Source of the DNA: a virus
IMG/VR virus record: IMGVR_UViG_3300047560_000724
Coordinates: 16,580-80,579 of that record
Direction: 5' to 3' (one strand)
Length of the DNA stretch: 64,000 nucleotides
The translations under genes and the position numbers were made by a program. Under the pieces are notes generated by a model. It worked only from the letters and a program-made list of their open reading frames with translations, was not told the DNA's origin and made no database searches. The first letter of the stretch is position 1, and every line of letters starts with the position of its first letter. Shown here one piece after another: positions 31,379 through 40,728 of the stretch.

Positions 31379-31597
31379 TTATAACCTATAAGTTACTCTA
31401 CCCTTAGATAGATCGTATGGACTTACTTCTATCTTTACCTTATCCCCAAGGATAATTCTAATTTTATGTTGTTTTAATTTGCCACCCATATAGCACAATA
31501 ATGCGTTAGGAATGTTATCAACTTTAACCCTAAACATATTGCCGGGTAACACTTCTTCAACGGCGCCTGTTAATTCAATAATATCGTCTTTAGCCAT
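31379..31597 (-). CDS. infA: Translation initiation factor IF-1
   Basis: MAKDDIIE..G.V.E.LP...IRIILGDKV.IE.SPYDLSKGR. Confidence 0.95.
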   Translation of the reverse strand: MAKDDIIELTGAVEEVLPGNMFRVKVDNIPNALLCYMGGKLKQHKIRIILGDKVKIEVSPYDLSKGRVTYRL

Positions 31598-31766
31598 TTA
31601 CTTTGGACAGTACCATGGCACCGTCTTTTACCTCAATATTAATTGTATCGCCTTCTTTCCATCCCTGTGCCTCACAGATTTCTGGGGGAAGTTTCATCAT
31701 GACATTATCTGGATCTCCAGGAATGTCTTCAAACAGTTCTTCTACCGTATAGGTTAATTTAGTCAT
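31590..31766 (-). CDS. AbrB/MazE-like small DNA-binding protein
   Basis: 58 aa read manually: MKLPPEICEAQGWKEGDTINIEVKDG. Confidence 0.65.
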   Translation of the reverse strand: MTKLTYTVEELFEDIPGDPDNVMMKLPPEICEAQGWKEGDTINIEVKDGAMVLSKVNG

Positions 31767-31778
31767 AATGTATTTACT

Positions 31779-32174
31779 TTAAACTCCGTCATCATCGTAT
31801 GGTACAGGAATCCATCCTAGGTCGTAAAGATCTTTGGCAATTTCTTCTGTAACATGGCCTTCTGGCACAAAATTTTTTCTAGCCATATACTCTTCACCTT
31901 CTTTTAAATCGTAAGTAGCAACGCCGCCCATACCCGAACAATAATAGTCCATGTAGTCTTCGCCTTTGCCGCGAAGGTCTGCTATAATCCCGCCAGCACC
32001 TCGCCAACTTGCCGACCAGTATCTTTCGGATAACACCGGCCATAGTTCTCTCTTACACCATTGCATATTGCACCATGCCGCATACAAGTTTTGGGCATAG
32101 TCATCACGAGTCTTTATCTTTTCCATTAGCCACGGACAGTCGCGGATTTCTTCTTGTAAATCGTATTCTTGCAT
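31779..32174 (-). CDS. Hypothetical phage protein
   Basis: ORF in the gene run. Confidence 0.75.
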   Translation of the reverse strand: MQEYDLQEEIRDCPWLMEKIKTRDDYAQNLYAAWCNMQWCKRELWPVLSERYWSASWRGAGGIIADLRGKGEDYMDYYCSGMGGVATYDLKEGEEYMARKNFVPEGHVTEEIAKDLYDLGWIPVPYDDDGV

Positions 32175-32515
32175 TACTTTTGGCCGTTTTCAGAGTGCCA
32201 ATCACCTTGGAAACAATGTCTAACTTCGTGACCGAGGCTGTGCATAGTAGTATCTTTTCCTGTAACAATGGTACAGGTATTACCTTCCCAAAAAGCACAC
32301 GCTTGGAGAGTAAATCCAAAGTTATGATACCCTCTACTCTTTGCTTCTTTATTACATACAGCTTGAGGATTAGCGGCAGTTTTCCATGTAATAGTAACTG
32401 TCGTGTACCTGTTGCTAGATGTCGAAAAGTTTTGTGTAGGAGATTCGTCATACGCTGGACTTGCAAGTACACTACCTGCAAACATTACAGCAATAATTAG
32501 AGCTAACTTTTTCAT
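32174..32515 (-). CDS. Secreted HExxH protein
   Basis: Signal peptide; LGHEVRHC. Confidence 0.7.
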   Translation of the reverse strand: MKKLALIIAVMFAGSVLASPAYDESPTQNFSTSSNRYTTVTITWKTAANPQAVCNKEAKSRGYHNFGFTLQACAFWEGNTCTIVTGKDTTMHSLGHEVRHCFQGDWHSENGQK

Positions 32516-32540
32516 ACTTGCCTTTCTTGTGCCTATAAAT

Positions 32541-32656
32541 TGGTGTAGATGGTAGGATTCGAACCTACAAAGTCGCCCTGTGGGCTAGACCTGTTCCCTC
32601 CGCAACCAGTGGGGGCTGGCTTTGGAGGAGGTATACCATGTTCCACTCACATCTAC
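32541..32656 (-). tRNA. 116-nt atypical tRNA-like RNA, no canonical anticodon loop
   Basis: Acceptor GTAGATG/CATCTAC-A-CCA, T arm GTAGG TTCGAAT CCTAC; extended anticodon and variable arms. Confidence 0.7.
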
Positions 32657-32662
32657 CTTTGT

Positions 32663-32691
32663 ATTATATATTCTTTTGGACTCAGTGTCAA
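32663..32691 (-). promoter_or_regulatory. Sigma70-type promoter of the tRNA-like RNA
   Basis: TTGACA-17-TATAAT. Confidence 0.75.
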
Positions 32692-32742
32692 CCTGAAATG
32701 GCAGAATATTTTTGGCTAATAATAATAGCACTAAATAACTTC

Positions 32743-33495
32743 ATGAAATATCCATCTCAAATAATGCCAGGTTTCTCAGAAAGTGTTGTCGATTTTTATA
32801 GAGATCGAAATGTAGAGCCACGGTTCAGCGGAATTTATGCTCAAGGTATAGACCGTTGGCTATTAGTTGACGGATACGATCCTTGGATGACTTTTGAAAC
32901 AGCCAAAATTTTATCATCAAAGTTGCCTGTACTTACATTCTTATTGCCTAATAATATTGGATCAATGACTAATCAAAATTGTATGAACTATTATATTTTT
33001 AAGAAGTTACATATCAATACAGGACGACAGACTCCTACCTTTACAAGGATCTGGGATCCTGCACAGATCAACTACTTAGGTGTTCCAGAAGATTTTAAAA
33101 ATGAACAAGGTCTTGCAATGTTAGAAAAGTTACAGGCGTTTGCTAATTTTGTTCATGTTGTAGTGTATGCTGCGTCATGGATGGATGCATCGAGCAACGT
33201 AGACAATACACAAGACATAGCAGAAAGATTTTTACCAGACGGCTGGTCTGACACTATGTTTTCAAATGTTGACCGTTCTCAAACTAAGAACGGAATGGCT
33301 ACTGAAATTAAAAAAATACTGTATAATTCTAATACAATTGAAGAAGCAGATTCTGCAATATACAATTTATGGTTAACTCAGTCTGCTGATATACCTTGGC
33401 AACGAAATGCCTACTATAAAATTCTAGGCCGTGATGTTCCACAAGCCCTTTCTAACTTACCAGGCACTGGTAAATTTACTTATTTCTCAGTATGA
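32743..33495 (+). CDS. Hypothetical partner of PP-loop enzyme
   Basis: Start MKYPSQ after TAAATA; overlaps next gene. Confidence 0.7.
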   Translation: MKYPSQIMPGFSESVVDFYRDRNVEPRFSGIYAQGIDRWLLVDGYDPWMTFETAKILSSKLPVLTFLLPNNIGSMTNQNCMNYYIFKKLHINTGRQTPTFTRIWDPAQINYLGVPEDFKNEQGLAMLEKLQAFANFVHVVVYAASWMDASSNVDNTQDIAERFLPDGWSDTMFSNVDRSQTKNGMATEIKKILYNSNTIEEADSAIYNLWLTQSADIPWQRNAYYKILGRDVPQALSNLPGTGKFTYFSV

Positions 33496-34739
33496 TTGAT
33501 ATTAACGACACAATTTATTGGCACAACATTAGCCTTAACATCGATACCGCAGATATATGGAGTAGTATTAGAGAACAAGCAAGTCCTGCTGGTCAGTTTT
33601 ACATAGATATTAGTAAACGAATTAACCCTGGTAGGTTTGTTACTCGTAACGGCGAATGGAGTTTACCTTGGAAACAAGAACTACTGCCAGGATATGAGAT
33701 GCCTGTTTACAACCCTAACTATTCTAAATCGTTTGATCAAGTGACTAATGAACGGGCAATAGAGATTAAGCAACGAATTACACATGGTGAGAAGTTTGCT
33801 GTAATGTTTAGCGGCGGCATTGACAGTACAGTTATAATGGCTGCACTGATTAAAAATCTAACAGTCGAAGAATTAAAATCAATTACTGTTTGTTGTAGTG
33901 TACACACTATGTTAGAAAACCCTACTTTCTTTGAAAAGTTTATTCACGGAAAGTTTGACACAATTGATTCGAGAACTATCAAGTATGACGACTTGATTGA
34001 AAGAGGATTTACTCCTATCACAGCAGACGAAGGTGATTGTATCTTTGGAACCATGTTTGGATTAAACATGTATAACAACTTTGAAGTGCTTATCAAAGAT
34101 TTTTCACCTGATGCAAAAGCAAATTTAAGAAAAATTAAGTTTGATGTAGCTAATCCAGATGTACATTACAGTAGGTATAAAGATCTTATCATAAAACATT
34201 TTGGTATAACAACTGATCCAGACTTTGGTCGTTTATTCTACGAGAAGTGTGTTAAGAATGTAGAAACAGCAAGTGTTCCAATTAATAGCTTGCATGATTT
34301 CTTTTGGTGGCTAATTTTTAATATCAAGTATTTGAACTGTGCTGTTAGAGGTGCATTGTATTTTAATGATAGAATTGATTGGCAAGTGTGCATGAATCGG
34401 ATTGTTAACTGGTTCGGGCATCCGGAATACCAACGATGGTCCATGGCTAATAACAACAATGGTCAGAAGATTAGGAAAACACAGTCAACTTACAAGTGGG
34501 CCGCTAGAGAATACATTTACGATTTAGATAAAAACGATTGGTATAAGTTTTTTAAAATTAAATTAGAATCGCTGTATCTAGTAGTTAATCAACAGCCGAG
34601 ACTATTAGATCTCGAAGCAAGTAAGCGTCCTAATTTTAGAGCAGGACTAACTAAAAATTACAAAATGCTCTACTTGCAAGACCAAGAAACACAAGATTTC
34701 TTTAAACATCACCTTGCAAACTACCAACAAGACTGGTAA
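33492..34739 (+). CDS. PP-loop ATP pyrophosphatase (asparagine-synthetase-like)
   Basis: FSGGIDS and ITADEGD. Confidence 0.75.
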   Translation: MIDINDTIYWHNISLNIDTADIWSSIREQASPAGQFYIDISKRINPGRFVTRNGEWSLPWKQELLPGYEMPVYNPNYSKSFDQVTNERAIEIKQRITHGEKFAVMFSGGIDSTVIMAALIKNLTVEELKSITVCCSVHTMLENPTFFEKFIHGKFDTIDSRTIKYDDLIERGFTPITADEGDCIFGTMFGLNMYNNFEVLIKDFSPDAKANLRKIKFDVANPDVHYSRYKDLIIKHFGITTDPDFGRLFYEKCVKNVETASVPINSLHDFFWWLIFNIKYLNCAVRGALYFNDRIDWQVCMNRIVNWFGHPEYQRWSMANNNNGQKIRKTQSTYKWAAREYIYDLDKNDWYKFFKIKLESLYLVVNQQPRLLDLEASKRPNFRAGLTKNYKMLYLQDQETQDFFKHHLANYQQDW

Positions 34740-34819
34740 GTTAGCCCAAAATCTCCTAACAAATAAATACTAGAGCAAGGAAAAACCCTTGCTAAATTCA
34801 TTTAAATGGAGAATTAAAC

Positions 34820-35767
34820 ATGGAAAAAAGACATGTAAAGTGGGTCATTGCCCATGAACCAATTGGTTTATTTTTAAAAGTTGCAGAGCGTTTTGCTAAA
34901 GAAGTTAATGAGCAAACTAACGGTATGTTCGATATCGAAGTTCTTTCATTATCAGACTATAGTGAAAAATACAATGGCGGCAAGCGAGTTACGAAGAACG
35001 ATTTGATGGACCTAATAAATACCGGTGCTATCGAAATGAGTCATATCTACACAACTTGGTTAGCTGACTATAACAAAGATCTACACGCATTAGATCTACC
35101 TTTCTTATTCCAAGATCACGATCATGCTGATCGCGTTCTAGAAGGCGAGATTGGTGCTGAGTTACTTGCAGGTGTTTCTAAACAAAGTAACATTAAAGCT
35201 ATGAGTTTCACATACTCAGGCGGTTACCGTGTTGTTCCTGCTAACTTTGAAGCAGACACAGTAGAAGCATGGGCTGGCAAGAAAGTTCGTACAAGCCGCA
35301 GTCCAGTTGCTGTTGATACATTCAAGCTATTAGGCGCACAACCTTTTGAAGGTATTGCACTTGAAGAAATGAATGAAGCAGCAGACGCAGGTATTATCGA
35401 AGCTGGTGAATCCACTTATGTTCGTGTGTTCCCTCTAGATCAATACAAGAGCTTCGAAGTTGTTAACGATACAGCACACAGTCTGTTCCTAACTTCAATC
35501 ATTGTTAATCAAGACTTCTTTAAACAATTTGATGCTGAAGTACAAGAAATCTTATCAACAGCTGCATTCAATGCTGCTCGTGCAGAGCGCCGTGAATCAG
35601 TTGCCGACATTCCAAACATTCTAGCACAATGCGAAGAAAAGGGTGTTAAAGTTATTAAGATGGATTCAGCAGAAGAAGCAAAGTTCAAGTCAGTTACTTC
35701 TAAAGTATATGACATGTACGCAGACTACTTCACTCCTGGTCTAGTACAAAAGATTCAGTTACACTAA
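34820..35767 (+). CDS. dctP: TRAP transporter substrate-binding protein DctP-like
   Basis: F...V.E.T.G...IEV, LDLPFLF.D.DH..RVL.G.IG, GKKVR; no obvious signal peptide. Confidence 0.85.
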   Translation: MEKRHVKWVIAHEPIGLFLKVAERFAKEVNEQTNGMFDIEVLSLSDYSEKYNGGKRVTKNDLMDLINTGAIEMSHIYTTWLADYNKDLHALDLPFLFQDHDHADRVLEGEIGAELLAGVSKQSNIKAMSFTYSGGYRVVPANFEADTVEAWAGKKVRTSRSPVAVDTFKLLGAQPFEGIALEEMNEAADAGIIEAGESTYVRVFPLDQYKSFEVVNDTAHSLFLTSIIVNQDFFKQFDAEVQEILSTAAFNAARAERRESVADIPNILAQCEEKGVKVIKMDSAEEAKFKSVTSKVYDMYADYFTPGLVQKIQLH

Positions 35768-35782
35768 TCTTTACTAGTCAAA

Positions 35783-35811
35783 ATAAAAGGGCTCTTAGGA
35801 GCCCTTTTTTA
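35783..35811. terminator. Bidirectional intrinsic terminator
   Basis: AAAAGGGCTC TTAG GAGCCCTTTT between convergent genes. Confidence 0.85.
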
Positions 35812-35822
35812 TTTGTTAAACT

Positions 35823-36740
35823 TTATTTGTTATCTAATTTAACTTTTGATGCAAGTGTTTTCCAGTAGCTAGTATGGAAGGCGAAGAATTTATCTAGCCC
35901 GTCATATGTAACTGTTTGCGGCTCGCAATAGTCAACAGCGTATGCAGCTCGAACAGCATCGGACTTTGCAGCCATAGCAAAGATTTCATGGAACTCTTTA
36001 CGCTTACTTGCTTCAGTCTTTACTGGAATTAGCATATGATGACCGACATTCATGTCAGCAAAGCTCTTATCGAATCCTTGCTTAACTAATGGTTGATATC
36101 CGTTAACAACTTTAGAGCCGGTAATACCTAATACAGTAACCTTACGATCTGATTTAGTATTCTCTTTGCTCCATTGTTCAGCTTCACTAATAAAGCCAAT
36201 GTGGAAATCAGTTTGACCTGAGATCATGCTTAACATTGAATCGTTTGTACTCTTAAAAGGTACAATGTTCATATTAGGATACTTTGATTGAAGTTCAATC
36301 GCGGCCAAGTGTGTTGTAACACCTAAGCCAGAAATGCCTACGCTAACCTTTGCATCACTCTTAACATCCTTCCATGACTTGTATTTTGTACTAGTCACAG
36401 CCATCGGTGCCATACAGTGAACATATTGCTCTTGGTATTGTGTCAAGTCATAACTTTCATTAGGATAAACTACTGGTCGTACAAAGAATGCAGTGCTATG
36501 TGCTAGTATACTGTTTGATTCTTTTAGTACATGGTTGGCTGCAATGGCACCGCCTGCACCCGGTTTGGTATCAAAAACAAAATTATATTTGTCTTGAATC
36601 TTGTTTGCTTCATTAGCAATAGTACGATGGTAATTTGCTACAGAGTCACCAGGGCCCCATGCGTAATAAATTACGATGTTTTCTTTAGCGATTGCTGTAA
36701 GACTTAATGTTGTTAGCAATGTTGCTAATAATTTTTTCAT
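35823..36740 (-). CDS. tctC: Tripartite tricarboxylate transporter substrate-binding protein (TctC/Bug)
   Basis: Signal peptide, KPGAGGAIAA, G.G...HL, VPFK....M..MISG. Confidence 0.8.
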   Translation of the reverse strand: MKKLLATLLTTLSLTAIAKENIVIYYAWGPGDSVANYHRTIANEANKIQDKYNFVFDTKPGAGGAIAANHVLKESNSILAHSTAFFVRPVVYPNESYDLTQYQEQYVHCMAPMAVTSTKYKSWKDVKSDAKVSVGISGLGVTTHLAAIELQSKYPNMNIVPFKSTNDSMLSMISGQTDFHIGFISEAEQWSKENTKSDRKVTVLGITGSKVVNGYQPLVKQGFDKSFADMNVGHHMLIPVKTEASKRKEFHEIFAMAAKSDAVRAAYAVDYCEPQTVTYDGLDKFFAFHTSYWKTLASKVKLDNK

Positions 36741-36979
36741 GCTGATACTTCCTCTTCTTTAATTTCTTTTCCTGCATCAATTCTATTCCAAGCCCGTTCG
36801 TGGAAGTAGTAAAGGATACTGTTAACGACTAAAGCAAAGCTAACAACGCCTAGCCCTACCGCCCAAGATCCTGATGCTAACCAACCTCCAATGAAGTTTG
36901 TAATTGTAACAAGGATACGCCAAGTAACTACCTTACCTAGACTACGCATTGCTTTTTCGTAAAATTTTGTATTAATCAT
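36737..36979 (-). CDS. DUF2061-like small membrane protein
   Basis: RSLGKVVTWRI...LYYFHERAW. Confidence 0.8.
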   Translation of the reverse strand: MINTKFYEKAMRSLGKVVTWRILVTITNFIGGWLASGSWAVGLGVVSFALVVNSILYYFHERAWNRIDAGKEIKEEEVSA

Positions 36980-37036
36980 TTTTTCTCCGAATACAGATTG
37001 CATTTTACTTATCATCCGTAGAAATACTAGTCAAGA

Positions 37037-37060
37037 AAATAGGCCCCGAAGGGCCTATTT
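37037..37060 (-). terminator. Intrinsic terminator
   Basis: AAATAGGCCC TTCG GGGCCTATTT followed by Ts. Confidence 0.8.
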
Positions 37061-37523
37061 ACTGTGCGTACCAAATTTGGCTAAAGCCTTCATCTAAGGT
37101 CGGTTCTTCCCATCCGTCAATCATTTGATCTACAACATATTTTGGAATATGCTTACCAGGACGACCTGACAACCTTACATCTAACTCATCGCGATTCGGT
37201 GTACGGAATACAATAGCAATGTGTTCGTAATCCGGCAAGGTATTAAACTTTCGGGTACGACTCGCGATAGTGGTACTAGTCTGATCCCAGATTAAATCCA
37301 AATTGTTTGCTTGACAAATTAATGCTTGATTAACCATTAACTTAACTGCAATTGGCATATAATCTTTAAATACTTCGGAATAAGTTTTACCTTGTTCCTT
37401 AGCATAGGCTTCTACAAACGAATCTGTACAGACTACAGGCATATCCTTAGCCCAATCTTGATTAGAAATCCAGGTGCTTTTTCCAGCACCCGGAACTCCT
37501 ACTAGTTGATAACACTTTGGCAT
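37059..37523 (-). CDS. P-loop kinase (polynucleotide kinase-like)
   Basis: GVPGAGKST, WDQT...R, R..RPGK.IP. Confidence 0.8.
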   Translation of the reverse strand: MPKCYQLVGVPGAGKSTWISNQDWAKDMPVVCTDSFVEAYAKEQGKTYSEVFKDYMPIAVKLMVNQALICQANNLDLIWDQTSTTIASRTRKFNTLPDYEHIAIVFRTPNRDELDVRLSGRPGKHIPKYVVDQMIDGWEEPTLDEGFSQIWYAQ

Positions 37524-37531
37524 ACTACTCC

Positions 37532-38137
37532 TTACATCGTTGGGCCGTTGCCCGATCTGAAACCAACAACACCGCCTTCTTCGGCGATACGCTTTAACAC
37601 ATCTTCAAATAAGATAGGTGCAAAGTCCGGTGTTTGTTCCACACAAACGCAATGGTAGCGTGGATCAATTTCATCACCATATAACACTTCGCCGGTCTTG
37701 GCATCAACACCACGAGCTTTCATAACACGATTTGCGTGTAAGTGTCCGTGAATGTTAACACCAAAACGACCTAAGCTATCTGCGTGTACAGGAATATGGC
37801 TTAAGATCATTCCGTTCATAACATGGTATGCTCGTAATTCTCTAAAGTACTGCCTGTACTCGTCATCTCTAAAGATGTCGTGGTTACCACGAATTAAAAC
37901 CTTATCACCGTTCAAGCGATGTAACACTTTTAAGGCCTTGCGGTTAATAACAACATCGCCTAAATGGTAAACCTTGTCAGTAGGCTTGACTCTTTCGTTC
38001 CAAGCCCTGACCATAGCTTCGTCCATTTCGTCCGGGTCATCCCACGGCCTTAACTTTGTAAACCCGTCGTTCCGGGTGAAGCGACATACACCTGTGTGAC
38101 CAAAGTGCGTATCGCTAACTAAAAATACACTAGGCAT
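37532..38137 (-). CDS. Calcineurin-like metallophosphoesterase
   Basis: SDTHFGH, LGD, GNHD, HGHLH. Confidence 0.9.
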   Translation of the reverse strand: MPSVFLVSDTHFGHTGVCRFTRNDGFTKLRPWDDPDEMDEAMVRAWNERVKPTDKVYHLGDVVINRKALKVLHRLNGDKVLIRGNHDIFRDDEYRQYFRELRAYHVMNGMILSHIPVHADSLGRFGVNIHGHLHANRVMKARGVDAKTGEVLYGDEIDPRYHCVCVEQTPDFAPILFEDVLKRIAEEGGVVGFRSGNGPTM

Positions 38138-38634
38138 TATATGTCTCCTTCATAGTTCTTTGGCACAATCAAACCACTGTCTAATTCAATGCCGTTAATC
38201 GTATGGGGCTCGTTTTCATCGTAAGTCCAACCGAGCACCTTCATCATTTTATGCTTGACCATCAAGTTAGGGCTACGAAAAACTTCAGTATCACGGAAGC
38301 CCATCATAACTCCAACCTCGCAGACTGCACCCGAACGGCACACACCTGCAACACAATGCACAACAACATTCATTCGTTGTTCCATTGCATGTTCTAGCAA
38401 TCGAACAAGTCTTTCGGCTTGCTCGTCTGTAACCTTAAAGTCGTCGCCCCACTTGTCGTCTTGTTCCAAATCCAAGAACTCAAACTGATGAGTTTCACGG
38501 AACTGATGCCTAGGAGTAGGGAACTCCATAGCAGGGTCAACTATTTGAATGAGCATACTGTTAATGCCCGCATCAATGTGATGGCCTTTTGGAATGTCAG
38601 CAAACGAGACATTTTGAATCCACGGGGTTAACAT
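38137..38634 (-). CDS. Cys-dependent (dual-specificity/tyrosine-type) phosphatase
   Basis: VHCVAGVCRS (HCxxGxxRS). Confidence 0.85.
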   Translation of the reverse strand: MLTPWIQNVSFADIPKGHHIDAGINSMLIQIVDPAMEFPTPRHQFRETHQFEFLDLEQDDKWGDDFKVTDEQAERLVRLLEHAMEQRMNVVVHCVAGVCRSGAVCEVGVMMGFRDTEVFRSPNLMVKHKMMKVLGWTYDENEPHTINGIELDSGLIVPKNYEGDI

Positions 38635-38657
38635 GTCGCTCTCCTTATTATTTGTAT

Positions 38658-38686
38658 ATTATAGCACAAAATTTTGGCTAAGTCAA
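38658..38686 (-). promoter_or_regulatory. Sigma70-type promoter of the phosphatase/kinase cluster
   Basis: TTGACT-17-TATAAT. Confidence 0.75.
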
Positions 38687-38689
38687 TCT

Positions 38690-38716
38690 AAAAAAATAGG
38701 GCCCAAAGGCCCTATT
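38690..38716 (-). terminator. Intrinsic terminator after Ro60-like gene
   Basis: AATAGGGCC/GGCCCTATT hairpin plus T-run. Confidence 0.8.
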
Positions 38717-38743
38717 CAAACTGTGTTGTATTTCTACAACAGT

Positions 38744-40153
38744 TTACAGGTCGTAGCGTGGGACCATTACAGTCTTAAGCATAATACCTTCTGGAGTGAA
38801 CTGATCAAGATCAGCACTCAAAAGAGCTGTCATAATGCTTGGGCTGAACCCTGACACCAAAGCAGCTCCTGTCTTGTCTGCCTTAACAGGTACATTGTCT
38901 GAACTGTTTAGGTTCCAGAAAACAATCTGTGGCATTGCATAGCCAGCGGCTTCGAACTTGCGTTCGATCATTTCCATTGCGCTATCGTCGTAACGGGCGC
39001 ATTGGTTGAATTGCATGTCTGACAAGATTAGTAGCATAGCTGGCATATCGCTAGCAGGAACATTTCCCTTAACTGCTGTGCTTAGGATCTTATCCATAGC
39101 GGCATGCAGGTTAGTACTCATTTCCCAGTTGCTACGAGACATTTGGTCAACCTTTTCAACAATGTTACCCTTTAGAGTAACAAGTTGTGGCTTGCTTGAG
39201 AAAGTCAAGAATGTGTCCTTGAACGCACCCTTGTTCTTGTCTGCAAGGTACAAGCCTAGGCTTACGGCTACATCAAGACAACGAACACTAGTGTCACGAC
39301 CTGCTGGGCAAGTCATAGAACCAGATACATCAACTAGAGGTAGGATACTTGCGTTGCCTACATAGTTTGGCAGAGCATCCCATTGTGCGATCACATGGTT
39401 AGTCTCTGTCTTGTCCAAAGTCTTGTAGCCGTGTGCGATGCCCTTTAGGACATCATGTGGGAAGATTGCGTTGGCGTTAACCTTAACAGTCTTATCCCCT
39501 GCCACCAACTTGGCCACATACTCTGCAAACGCAGGTGTGTGACGGTTGAATGCCTTCTTGTATTGGCGAGCCGCTACAGAAGGAACATGGCTAAAGTTGA
39601 TGTTATCCCAATCTCCTGCACACATTTGGGTTTCAACAACCTTTGTAAGTGCCACAAGGCTCTTACGGTATTGCTTTGGAGTCATGCCAAAGAAGGCACG
39701 GATCTCAGCGGCAATCTGACCCTTACGAGGAGTCCACTTTGCAGCCAAACCGTTCTTAGCACGAAGGGCATCGCCCAACATGGTATAAGCGGCTGACTTC
39801 AGAACTGGGTCTGAGAAGACAAAGATGTCATCCCAACGACCAACTTCTGGAACCTTGCGAAGCAAAGCCAAAGCGGCGTCTGGGTCACGCTTTTCTAGAT
39901 GAACTAGAATGTCGCGGAACAGTTGACGCTCACCTGCACCACCACGGACATCTCGTGCCCATTGTGCAATGCGAAGTGCAACATCAGAGTTTTCCACATA
40001 GGCTGCAGTGAAGTCAGCCTTAATATCCTTACCACGGCTTGCGCCGATCTTGTAGAACAAGTCAACACACGCCTTAGCTGTGGACTTACGAGCCTTCATG
40101 CCATTGGCAGTACGGGCTTCTTGATTTGCGATTGCGTTTACAAATGCGTTCAT
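38744..40153 (-). CDS. TROVE/Ro60-like protein with vWA domain (DUF2828 type)
   Basis: Helical N-terminus RDVRGGAGER...GRWDD...AAKW.PR; MIDAS DVSGSM...STN...LSDMQF. Confidence 0.75.
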   Translation of the reverse strand: MNAFVNAIANQEARTANGMKARKSTAKACVDLFYKIGASRGKDIKADFTAAYVENSDVALRIAQWARDVRGGAGERQLFRDILVHLEKRDPDAALALLRKVPEVGRWDDIFVFSDPVLKSAAYTMLGDALRAKNGLAAKWTPRKGQIAAEIRAFFGMTPKQYRKSLVALTKVVETQMCAGDWDNINFSHVPSVAARQYKKAFNRHTPAFAEYVAKLVAGDKTVKVNANAIFPHDVLKGIAHGYKTLDKTETNHVIAQWDALPNYVGNASILPLVDVSGSMTCPAGRDTSVRCLDVAVSLGLYLADKNKGAFKDTFLTFSSKPQLVTLKGNIVEKVDQMSRSNWEMSTNLHAAMDKILSTAVKGNVPASDMPAMLLILSDMQFNQCARYDDSAMEMIERKFEAAGYAMPQIVFWNLNSSDNVPVKADKTGAALVSGFSPSIMTALLSADLDQFTPEGIMLKTVMVPRYDL

Positions 40154-40163
40154 TTTATTACCT

Positions 40164-40220
40164 CACAGAATGTATTGTTTTTCGATATGCTTGAAAATTG
40201 AAAGTTGCTGTTAACATTCT
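40164..40220 (-). ncRNA. Stem-ACAGCAA module copy 1 (5' UTR of Ro60-like gene)
   Basis: AGAATGT-TA-ACAGCAA...ACATTCT-GTG abutting the GAGG SD. Confidence 0.7.
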
Positions 40221-40228
40221 AAAATTCT

Positions 40229-40461
40229 AACAGGATGATTGTGCCAATTTGTTTATTATTCTGGTCTGACCAATTACGGCACTCAGACCCTAACAACAAT
40301 TCATGTTGTCTATCTTGTATTGTGTCTGTACAAGCATCATATTACGGATTCTCCGTACCTATCTATTCCTTCGGCGTCTATTTCTAGAAAGCATTTCTGC
40401 TTGTCCTCCGACCGCCTTCTATAGCTGTAGTCGTAGTAGTTTAAATTGCTGTAGTCATCCT
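40229..40461 (-). ncRNA. Stem-ACAGCAA module copy 2 (233 nt, multi-hairpin insert)
   Basis: AGGATGA-CT-ACAGCAA...TCATCCT-GTT. Confidence 0.7.
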
Positions 40462-40467
40462 ATGACT

Positions 40468-40636
40468 AACAGGATCGTTGTTGACTGCTTTTATTAGACT
40501 CAGGCCATCACTCTGAGCTCGTCCAGGGCATTTCAATAGTTACCTTCAACATACTCGGGCGAACCTCTGTACTCCAATAACTACCATGCACTATCCAGAC
40601 CTTTCATAGTAATATGAATGTTGCTGTGCCGATCCT
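40468..40636 (-). ncRNA. Stem-ACAGCAA module copy 3 (169 nt)
   Basis: AGGATCG-GC-ACAGCAA...CGATCCT-GTT. Confidence 0.7.
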
Positions 40637-40668
40637 AAAACTGTTTGTTAATTGCTTAACATGTATCT

Positions 40669-40697
40669 ATTATAGTACAGATTGTACTTCTTGTCAC
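40669..40697 (-). promoter_or_regulatory. Sigma70-type promoter for modules 1-3 and Ro60-like gene
   Basis: GTGACA-17-TATAAT with upstream TTAGCCAAAA. Confidence 0.7.
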
Positions 40698-40728
40698 TAT
40701 ATTTTGGCTAAATTCGCAAAATATATTT

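Noticed and set aside
32541-32656. Self-splicing intron in the anticodon loop
   Set aside because: The extra sequence is only about 15-25 nt, far too short for a group I intron, and no clear bulge-helix-bulge is present.
40164-40220. CAU anticodon hairpin inside module 1 (TTTTC-AAGCATATC-GAAAA)
   Set aside because: Weak A/U stem, 9-nt loop and no U33, so it is not counted as an anticodon display.
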